A stretch of DNA of 64,000 nucleotides from Octopus sinensis (lineage: Eukaryota), in the NCBI RefSeq assembly GCF_006345805.1, contig NC_043003.1, forward strand, positions 107,818,001-107,882,000. The letters run 5' to 3'. The notes beneath the pieces are model-generated. The model was not told where the DNA came from, did no database searches, and was given only the letters and a program-made list of their open reading frames with translations. Both the position numbers and the translations under genes were made by a program. Shown piece after piece: positions 52,431 to 64,000 of this stretch. Positions within the stretch are counted from its first letter, which is position 1; each line of letters opens with the position of its first letter.

Positions 52431-54595
52431 TAGCAAACATTTACTGGAAATTACAGTCGTCCGAAGCGAACGTTTCGTTGATATCGCGAGCAGTTTCAGC
52501 TGCTTTACGTCCTTTTTTGAAGTTGAATAGCAAAATTGCTCGAATATCGCGCTTTGGCAGTTCCATTTCAGATTATTGTAACAACGGTGAAAAAAAAAAT
52601 ACCAATGCTAATTTATTGATGCATTTAGGCAAGTCTATGTTTGTATTATCAAACAATTGCAAAAAAAATGGTTAGAATAAATTCAAAAATCTGGCACAAT
52701 TTATTCATGGTTCAAAACGTTGCTTACTTTTTACTCAGCCTGATATATTTCGTCCATCTCAACAGGCATCTACGCACCCCCCCCCCGTATATATATATAT
52801 ATATATTCACATTCTAGTAGTTATTATAGAGTCTTCAATTTCATGCTTTCTAGATTCTAGATGAAACTTGATACATAAGAGTAACTATTGACGCGTTTTC
52901 AATTTCGAAAATAGAATATGAATAACATTACGTACTGAGTACGCTTCTTTTCATGTATTTGTGTGTATGTTGGCGTTTACGCACACATATTCATACACCC
53001 CTCCTCATATATATACACAAACACACATACACGCACGTACGCACGCACACGCATGCACACATTTCGTGTTTTCTTAGTTTTCCTTTCCTAATATTGATTG
53101 TGTTATATATCTAAAAAAATAAAAGAAAAGTTTATTTTATCAGTGCAAAACAATATTACATTTTCAATTTCTTTGTAGACACATAAAAACTATCATACTC
53201 GCTGGAAATATTAAGAAATATTATTGTACCACAACTATCGTAATTATACTTGCATTGTCTACACTTTATATTAAATTTATTGTTTTGCTGAAGTTTAATT
53301 GCAAACCTTACAACACTACTAATATAAACCTTCTTTCCCGGCGAGCCAATGAGGGAGCGTTTACATGGTTATCTGACCTGCCGGAAATAAACAGCAACCA
53401 TTTATATATCCTTTGAATAGATTGTGAAGGTGCGTCACTGAGTCGTTAGGGTGTTGCACTCACGATTTCAAGATCGTCGTTTCGATTCCTGGACCGGTCG
53501 TGCTTTGTGTTCTTGTGTAAAATACTTCTTAACAATTGTTTCTATCCACTCAGCAGTAAATGGGTACAGACTGATGTTCCATGCAGCGGGAGTGGGGTGG
53601 ATTATAGGCCTGTCCGCCTAGCCAGCGGGGTGGTATCATTCGAAAGCTACAACAATGCGAGAAAGCGCATTGTGACTAGTGATGTATAACATCATCCGAT
53701 TGTCTGGCCAATACAGTGGTACTAAGATGAATAGCTTATGTTTATCCTTATATTGAATCTATAGACGCTTTTAAACAAAGATTCCGTATCTATGTCTCCA
53801 GTCTTGTCATTTCCAAATGAGAGTTTTCGGAACTTACTTTAACTGCCACAATGTTATTTAGTCAATAGCTACTTTCCTTTAATTCCTTATCTTTTTAGTT
53901 CGCTTCAAAACAACATTGGAGTTATTTGCTATTGCTCTGTCGATAATTAATATGCTTTTGTCATTTTTGATATAGAAAACGCCAAGTTTATGACGTTGTC
54001 TAGTGTACAGTCTGTATTCGATTTTTCTATTCTCTTTTTGATTCTGCCATTCTGGGGCACCGCCAGATTTAGTCGACCCAAACACTTATTTTTCAGTTCG
54101 CTACTTACTCTGTCGGTCTTTCTTGTCTAATGGTGGGGGAGAAACACAAACACAAAGACTCCCACCTATATATACCGACACATACACAGAAACACACACA
54201 AGCGCGCACTTATCCACATACACATATATATTAAACAATGAACTTCGACAGTTTTCGTCAAGCAAATTCATTCCCAAGGCATTGGTTGGCCTGGGGTTAT
54301 AGTAAAAACACTTGCTCAAGGTGCTGCGCATTCTATAGTATTTCAACATTGACACTTTTAATTCAGAGGGAGGATATAGGAGTAGAACAAAACTTTTCCT
54401 TTGAATAGTTGAAATTAGATGGCTAGATGTATGTAGAATAACTGTGTTATGTTTTCTTTTCTCTAAATATATTTTGTCAGAACAAGTGAAGGCTATCCTA
54501 ATACAATGTGGTCAACTGCTTTGAAAAATACATGGTGTCATTTGTTTTTGCTTTAGCGCATAATCATGCCCGAGCTGTTCGTTGCTCGATAGACT

Positions 54596-55240
54596 GGAAT
54601 TTCAACCGTGTTTCGTGGTCTGCTACTACAACAGCTCCTTTATAGGATCCAGTTAGCTCAAGACATCATCAGGAGGAACCACGTCCAGTTTCGACCTCTA
54701 CTCCTCTACCGTTTTGACGTGGCGGGGCCCCCGCTTTCGGAGGCGTCTTCAGCTCTGGTGTTGGGTGCATGTTTTCTTTCTTCTTCTTTCTCCTGTTCCC
54801 TGGCCTCTTCGATGTACCGGCAGCAAGTGTCAGCCGGTGACTGACTGACTTGTCAAATTTTTTCCCTTTAAATACCTGCTGCTAGGCTCCAGCAGGCAGC
54901 CCCAGCAAGTTGTCACGTGACACTGTCTCAACTTTAACTGACCAATGAAGGCGCGCAGTCTTAGCCCACGCATTCTCTAAACGACCGTCACCTGTCAATC
55001 AGCGAAGCTAATTCAGAGTCAGCTTGTTTCACCTAATGATGTTATTTTCCGCCGACATGTTATGACTTTCAAACCATTTTTGGTCTTCCCTCCTCAGCCA
55101 TATATAGAAGCTGGCTTTTTTGACCACCTCATGTACTCTCCTTATTAGTTTGCTCAGCTCCGGGTTAAAGGGCATTCGGCTGCAAGAAAACTTTGCCTTA
55201 AGGCAGTTTTGTGTGAGCCACGCAAGCATAGAAAATTTAA
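54596..55240 (-). mobile_element. Hero-like RLE retroelement C-terminus plus putative 3' region
   Basis: LIRRVHEVVKKASFYIWLRREDQKW (ORF 55029-55229) resembles the recalled Hero C-terminus E.AEK.SFW.WLRR.D..W. The downstream 430 bp is GC-richer and contains CUGAUGA...GAAAC. Confidence 0.5.
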
Positions 55241-56623
55241 TGATAAAATGAAACGAATGAACGCTTACTTGGGTGAAGGTTTGTATGTAGAATATATATA
55301 GTAGAGATAGCTTGCTCCTGTATCACGAATATTATTGCTTCTTCTTCCGTTACCTTAATCAGATCTGACCTATTCATCTAGATTAAATATCGACAGAGAG
55401 CAGGACAAATGCCTTGCGCTATTTTTGTCTCTTGTTCAAAGCCCGCTGAGGTCAGCTATAGAAGCGATAAAATACATTAGCATTTAAATATTGCGATCGA
55501 TGTAATTGACAGACGTCTTCCCCATCAAACTGTCATCTTTGTGCCTAATTTAAAAATTATTATTGGTGAAGTGGAAGGCGGCGAGCTGGCAAAATCGTTG
55601 GCAAAATGCTCAGCAGCATTTCGTCCGTCTTTACATTCTGGGTTCAAATTTGCCTTTCATCCTTTCGGGGTGGATAAAATAAGTACCACTTAAGCACTAG
55701 GGTCGACGTAATCGACTTATCCCTTCCTCTTAAATTGCTGGCCTTGAGACTATTATTAGGGTAGTAGGCTGGCAGAATCATTACAGCATCGGATAAAATC
55801 CCTCGCGGAATTTGTTCCGGTTCTTTGAGTTCTGTGCTCAAAACATGTCTTGGTAAACTTCGTCATTCATCATTTAGGGGCTGATGAAATATAGCATCAG
55901 TTAAGTATTGGGATCCATGTAACCGACTAATTTTATCCCCTCAAAATTACTTACCTCGTGCCTAAACTAGAAACAAATATTCTGAAGCTGGAAATACACA
56001 GTTAGTCAGAAGCCTAAAAATATGTGAATACAATTTGCAAGCTTGTTGATAATTGTTAATAAAGAATAACCACTGAAGACTTGTTTGATATATTTGTTTA
56101 TAACTTGTTCATTTATACATTGTGCACGTTGGTATTATGCGTTGACATTTTAAAAATATATATGTCATGGACTCTCATACATACAAAGATACATACATAC
56201 ATACATACATTATAATTATGGCTTCCCCCACATTATCGAGTATGGCCATTGCACGAAGCTTAACTGTTATTGGAACTGTGATCGAATGTGACTGATAACA
56301 TAAGATTTGCAAGGCAACTCCTTGAGCGTCATACTTTCTCTGATAACCTAGAATGCCTGCCCAAAGACGCCGCACAACTCACAACATGTTCTTGACAATA
56401 ATTATTTATGTTGTAATCTTTTGTGCCCAATATTTTAAGGAACTTGTTAAACTTTTTATGTCCTTGTTACCAAAGACTGTATATATGTAATATAGCAATT
56501 TGTAACAACCAATAATTAACGCAACCAAACTTCTACATGTTACTTTTGACAATCTTTTTCCAAAGGGTGAAACCGGTAAAGTAAATAAACATCTTTTAAA
56601 ATTGCATTTTCAAACCTTCTTTC

Positions 56624-56663
<40 letters not shown>

Positions 56664-56706
56664 TCACGCATACACACACAGATATATATATATATATATA
56701 TATATA

Positions 56707-56900
56707 CAAAATGATATGTTACAATTACTCAATAGTCAAGATAAAACTCTGAGTTTCCGATGCCGAAGTGGAAATCCACAACACCATATCTTCGGTTATC
56801 TGGCCATCTATTGAGTAATTGTAACATATTATTTTATAGATAAATTTCCTCTATTTACATAATATTGAGGTCTCTTTCTTTTGATATCTTACTGTTTTTA
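56707..56900 (-). mobile_element. Short PLE-type pLTR remnant with hammerhead motif and 22-bp inverted tail
   Basis: 56714-56735 is the exact reverse complement of 56808-56829. The HHR-like motif lies between them. Confidence 0.6.
56739..56801 (-). ncRNA. Type I hammerhead-like ribozyme, U4C variant
   Basis: AGAUAA-CCGAAGA-UAU-GGUGuuGUGG(AUUU)CCACuucggCAUC-G-GAAACUC-A-GAGU-U-UUAUCU. Stem I is 6 bp perfect; stem III is self-complementary. Confidence 0.6.
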
Positions 56901-56903
56901 CCA

Positions 56904-56934
<31 letters not shown>

Positions 56935-56940
56935 ATATAT

Positions 56941-57010
<70 letters not shown>

Positions 57011-57030
57011 TGGTATGGTATAAAAGCAGG

Positions 57031-57401
57031 AAATTTCATATATAATTCATGCTTTAATTGCATTCAACGGCTGTTTCATTAAGATAAATACCACCAAGAT
57101 TTTAAGTACATAATAGTGATACATAATTAATTCAAATTAATGTAATTTAAATCAAATTAATTTCGAAATATTGTTTACCCAAATCACCAGGAATGTTATA
57201 TTATGGTTATCACGAAAAAACTAGTAACGTTTTTATCATTAGCATAGCATTCCTGGTGATTTAGGTAAACACTGTTTCTTAATTAATTTGACTTAACTTA
57301 ATCAAACTTAAATTACGTATCATAATTTTGTATTTATACATTTGGTGGTGTTTATCTTAAAGAAGCAACTATTAAATGAAGCTGAACTATATATGAAATT
57401 T
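57031..57401. mobile_element. Fold-back MITE-like imperfect palindrome, about 370 bp
   Basis: Termini AAATTTCATATATA / TATATATGAAATTT. Inner arms taagataaa(t/c)accaccaa and tgtttacc(c/t)aaatcaccaggaatg are mirrored. Confidence 0.75.
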
Positions 57402-57619
57402 ACACTTTTAAAGATCGTTTTAGCCAATTATGTATATTCGTGAGGGTCGGTCCCGCTTGGATTTGTTGCATTCTAATAATATTTTGTATATTAATATCTT
57501 GTTATTATCAATTAGCTCTTAATTACTATAGACTTATTCTTTGATGTTTATACATCAATTCTCTAAGTGGATATATACTTTTGCATGTGCGCAATATATA
57601 AATAATATATATTATATAT

Positions 57620-57775
57620 AGGCACAGGCTTGGCTGTGTAGTAAGAAGCTTGATTCTCAACCACATATTTCCAGATTCACTCTCACTGCGTAGCACTCTA
57701 GGCAAGTGTCTTCTAATATAGTCTCGGGCCGACGAAAGCCTTGTGAGTGGATATGGTAGACGGAAACTAAAAGAA

Positions 57776-57818
<43 letters not shown>

Positions 57819-57975
57819 GTATGTATATATTTGAGTCTTTGTACTTGTCCCCTCCCGCTTGACAATCGGTGTATTTACGTCCCCGTAACTTAGTGGATCG
57901 GCAAAAGAGAACAATATAACAATAGGCTTTAAAAATAAGTCATGGGGTCGATTTGTTCGACTAAAATCCTTCAAG
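57620..57975 (+). mobile_element. Family-B SINE
   Basis: GGCTTGGCTGTGTAGTAAG head, gggccgacgaaagccttgtgagtgg body, ggggtcgatttgttcgactaaa. Confidence 0.8.
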
Positions 57976-59869
57976 TAAAAAAAAAACGAATAAAAGAAAC
58001 TGTCTTCCACCTTGGGTTATTTCTATTCTCAGTATATGCTTTTCCCCAAGCTCCTTTTGTCAAGGGAAACTGGAGGGCTGGTCATTTTAAATAAATCAAA
58101 TTGATTGCTCTCATCCACCCCTCTTCCACCCCTCTTCCACTTTTGTCGGAGAAGAAAACCTCATCACTAGTCATGTCAGCCTCAATTCCATATAATTTTC
58201 TTCAATATTAAGACATCAAGTTAAACGTTTAAGGATACGTCTATGTGATTGACTGATCTAGAAATAACAGTCAAATCCACCTTATATCGTACTCTACTGT
58301 TGTGGCTGGAATGTCTTTGTTGTGCCTACTCAGTGAAAGTGTCCTCATGCTTAACAAGTAAAGCAAGGTCAAAGAGCAACATCAATCGCAGCATCTGTGT
58401 CACACATCCCTGCTACCCTATACTACTACCAAGACCAATGTACTCTGTGTAAGTACCGAGAACGGTTCACAGCAACGCACTCTGTGAAAATGCCGAGACC
58501 TATTATTAACACAACGGAATTCTGCCAATTTTAACCTATCTTTAACAGAAAATATGCTTTCAGCTCTGTTACTGTGAGGCCCATATAGCGCCATATGGGC
58601 CTCATAGTTTGGACCCTGTCTTACAAGATATAAAATACCAAGTACAAAAGGAATAATAACACAGAACTGTCAATTTTACGCCGTTTATGTTTGACAAAAT
58701 GCACCTTTAGCTTTAACCCACCTGAGACAGTTAAACAGGTGAGTGAAACCGTTATTTTAAGAAGGTTGCATTATGTACCTCATACAACAGTATCCCATAA
58801 TCCTTCACCCGGTAATTGGTTGACAGTCTGCGCTCATGATTAACGAATGACTGTCGTTTAATATCCCTCCATCTTTTGAATTACATTTTATTTGCGTTGC
58901 TCTTGACCGTCGCAACCCCGCATTCACCTCCATGTGTTTCTAGGTTCCTTGTATTTATATATAACATTTATCTTGTAATGTATTCAATTTGAAGAGACTG
59001 AGAAACATCTACTTTTAAATAGCTGAAACGAACAAAGTTGAAAGAAAATTGCTTCCTTGATTTTTGGCTTTTCTTTATTATTTATTATATATTTGACAAC
59101 AGAACGAGAGATAAACGCTGTTTTATAAATAAACACGATTTTAGGATTACACATGCCAAATATAGTTTAATGTTAAAGGTTACGAATTCATAATAAAAAT
59201 ATATTTATTTTGACTGAACAGAAAATTGAACAATAATTGAATACAGAAGATGGATGTCACCTAAGCAACCTAACTTTATGTGGTGTGTTATATAACAACA
59301 GCAGAATGGACAGAAGAGTTATGCTATCTAACCAATCTATCTTTATATGTTGTTTTGCATAACAGTATCAGATTGGCTTATGATTAATGCCACGTAACTT
59401 ACCTAACTTTATATTATGTCTTATAAACAATAACAGAGTGGAGACCCCACTTTTAGTTATCTTAGATAATATAAAAGAAAGATATAGAAAAATAACATGT
59501 AATTTTCTTGATTTATATCGAATGCTCTACTAATTTAACAAATTGTAATGAAATAAAGGAGCTGTTGTGGTAGCAGACCACGAAACACGGTTGTAATTCC
59601 TAAAAACGTTAGTGAGTAGGAAGAAGCATTAGAAGACTCGGGAAAAATACCTACGGTATTTAAATTTCGGTTCTTAGCATTGCGAGTTAAAATCCTACCT
59701 GAACCAACTTTGCTTTCCATTTTTGCGGGCCGACAAAATGAAGCATAAATAGTGGGGTAGATTTTATATTCATTAGAAAGCATGCTAGAAGTGAACAGAA
59801 TCATAATAGAAAACTTTAGATCATAGTGGTACAACGAAATGAAGAGTTTCTTGTCATTTAATATATGTA

Positions 59870-60415
59870 TTGGGTTGTCCGGAAAGTTCGTGCCGATTTA
59901 TAGCTGCTTACTTTTCGACTTATTTTAGAACATGGTTGAGTCCATAAAATAGGATTTGACTACACCTCCATTTAGAGCACAGTTTAAACTATCTTTTCGT
60001 AGAAAAAGGTTTATGTTCCTATAACCTGTGTTAATTCTGTAACCCTTTAAAATGGAAGATAAGAAAGTTCCTTTTCGGCACTTGATGCTTTGGGAACCAG
60101 ACAAAAATTGCTACAGCCCGGCTGGGATGTGTTACCCCACCCCCCATATTCACCAGATATTGATCCTTCGGATTTCCACTTATTCAGGTCACTGCAGAAT
60201 AGTCTGAATGGTAAAAATTTCAATTCCTTGGATGACATAAAAAGTTACCTTGATGAATTCTTTGCCATGAAACCACCTCAATTCTGGGAAGAGGGTATTT
60301 TCAAGTTAAAGGAAAGATGGGGACGCATTGTGCAACAAAATAGCTCATAATGGCAAATATTTATTGACCTTTGTCTTTCTTTTAAAAATCGGCACGAGCT
60401 TTCCGGACAGCCCAA
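59870..60415 (+). mobile_element. Internally deleted mariner (MITE-like) with both 30-bp TIRs
   Basis: TIRs 59870-59899 and 60386-60415 match 28/30. ATG at 60052 gives MEDKKVPFRHLMLW, fused near 60093 to the C-terminal ...WDVLPHPPYSPDIDPSDFHLFRSLQNSL. Confidence 0.9.
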
Positions 60416-62311
60416 CAGAACAAATCAATTAGGTAGGCTAAACTTATCTCTCTTCACAGAACTGATGCTAGGATATTCAGTGTTGCATGCCGGTCCTAGT
60501 ATGTGCGCTTTTTTTTTTATCCCAGCCTTGCAATGTAAATGTCGTTCTCGTAGCCCTACAATCAGAATCTCAGTTTCTAATATTTTACTACACCGTCCAA
60601 CCTTCCTCTTCATTACACCAGCTTCAAAATGCAGTCGAAAACTTAAGGTTAATTCGCAAACAAAAATCTATAGTTTTATGATCATGCACATCACTGTGTA
60701 AATATGTTACCAGGCACAATTTTAACTGCGTCACGCTGAATCATGTGACAGATCGTAACATTACATGAGCTACTCGACCGAACGCTCTCTAACTTTCTTT
60801 GTGCCGCAAGTGAACTCACATGCTCGCTTTATTACAAAGAACTTTTCAGTTAGTTACTTGTTGTGCCCCCAGTCTGAATGCCCCAGGCGATCGCTTAGTT
60901 TCCTCGTGCGCAACGACGGCCGTGCCTCTTTAGGTTACACCCCCTTTAAGGTTTGTGGCTTAACACTACAAACTTATGAATCATTCGTTCATTTTTTTCT
61001 TTATTTACTGCATTACGGTGTTCCAAGTGTACAAATAACTTGTGGAAGTGAGACAGACAGAATGATTAGGATAATCCGAATAATACGTAGGATAATCCGA
61101 AAATAGGAAAGAAATTTACGTAATACGAAAGAAAATTTTATTAACCGACAAGGCAATCAGTTGAAATTAACTTACCCTCAAATCAAATTAGGGTGTGACA
61201 ATCAGTCTAGAATATTTTCTCAACAAGGATCGAATAATTGAAGAAAAGTTAGTTTAGGAATAAAATTCGCTGATAGTTTTCTGTAATTATATTTATTTAG
61301 ATACGAATAATTACATAAACGTTAGATGCAAAACGTGTATACTCATAAAAAATATAAATGTGATGTTCTATTATATATTTATTTATATACTTTTTTGAAA
61401 AAAAAACACGCAAGTCTAAATTCTTGCTAACGACAGTAAAACTCAAATGCATAGATAAGATTTGTTATCGCTTAATATCCATTAAAAATACTGAAGCAAA
61501 CGAGATTGAGTGATGCTCATGTGTTTCACAAGAACATTTTGCGGTATAAAAAATAAATTGAATATCCTGTTGAAGACAATTCACTTCCTCTTCATCTTTA
61601 TAGCTATTGAAATAGATGAATGTAAGACAATCTTACTGTTCTTTTCTACAAACTTGAAGTCTTGTGCACCAGTAAAAAAAAGAAGAAAAATCAATAAAAC
61701 TTAATTCAAACGTACAGACTTTCTTTTTAATGTCAATATCTAAAATTTTATTTTATTTCTTGTTACCAAATTATTACATCTGATATAAAACGCAATTTGT
61801 CTCATTTTACTATTTATTTCATTCTTGTTTAGTTTATTGAAATTTTGTCAGTAGTTTTGTTTTATAATAATTCTGCTTCCATTGTTATTCAGAATGCTTA
61901 AAAATATACAAGTTTACTAAAATTGGTGTATTTTCAAAAGTCTCTCTTTCAAAGCAGAAGTGCAATTAAGTAACCCTACAAATATATTTCTTTTATCAAA
62001 GTATTTCTGTTCTAAACAATGCTTTAATGCAATGATATATAATCTCCTTCCTCCAGTATATAACGATTATTTACCTATCTCCAATAAATAGTGTTTGCTT
62101 TCTCTTTCTTTTTTTTCTTTCTTCTTTGTCTCTATATCTTTCTTTGTCTCTATATCTCTGTCTCTCTGTCTCTCACTCTGTCTTTCTTTGTCTCTCTCAG
62201 TGTCTCTGTTTGTCTGTTTGCCTGTCTGTCTCTCTCGCGCTCTCTCTCTCTCTCTCTATATATATATATTATTATATAAATATAACTATTACAAATATAT
62301 ATAAATATATA

Positions 62312-63670
<1,359 letters not shown>

Positions 63671-64000
63671 ATGTATAAATATATGTGTGTGTGCATGTAT
63701 CTGTGTTCTGTGTGTGTGAATATATAAAATTTTGCAAGAAAACGGTTGACTGACTTTGAAGTTTGGGCTTGTCGTTGTTGAAACTTTCATGTCATTGTCA
63801 ACATCCATGTTGTAAAAATCGGACTAAATTTGATAACGTTTTATGTTACCTCTTTTTCAGGCACAGCTTGATAAATTGGCAGACAGCCAACAATGTTGAA
63901 GTGCATAAAGGTTAAAGTTGTAGTTGAGAAAAACTAAGCTGACATGGAGGGCTGAGAGCCATCTGGATATTGGAAAAGAGTTGCCTGTATCATGATGGTT

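Noticed and set aside
58249-58452. Cys-rich 67-aa ORF ending at a GTAAGT donor-like site
   Set aside because: No recognisable domain and no convincing in-frame acceptor.
63861-63910. Possible small host exon (ttttcag acceptor, open frame HSLINWQTANNVEVHK)
   Set aside because: The donor GTTAAA is weak, there is no recognisable domain and no partner exon in the window. Needs RNA-seq.

Overview
AT-rich, microsatellite-dense eukaryotic DNA with no host protein-coding exon I can support. It looks intergenic or deep-intronic. The SINE repertoire and the (TA)n/(TACA)n/(TAGA)n load suggest a coleoid cephalopod, probably Octopus (inferred from recalled repeat families, not from a search). The window is mostly decayed transposons: a CR1-group LINE, a Neptune-type Penelope-like element (PLE), CRE-, R4- and Hero-like restriction-like-endonuclease (RLE) fragments, RTE fragments, an ORF1-only element, a solo LTR, mariner, maT, pogo and hAT remnants, and at least three tRNA-derived SINE families. 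The most interesting points: (1) several hammerhead-ribozyme (HHR)-like motifs, two in unrelated sequences sharing a variant CCGAnGA...GGAAAC core and a PLE-type inverted tail; (2) weaker HHR-like motifs downstream of RLE-type ORF ends; (3) a SINE whose 3' tail matches the CR1-like LINE tail with a co-varying stem-loop; (4) a 1.34-kb palindrome with an internal direct repeat; (5) a 1.33-kb tandem duplication that looks like an assembly artefact. Translations and folds were done by eye. Coordinates of degenerate elements are approximate (tens of bp).
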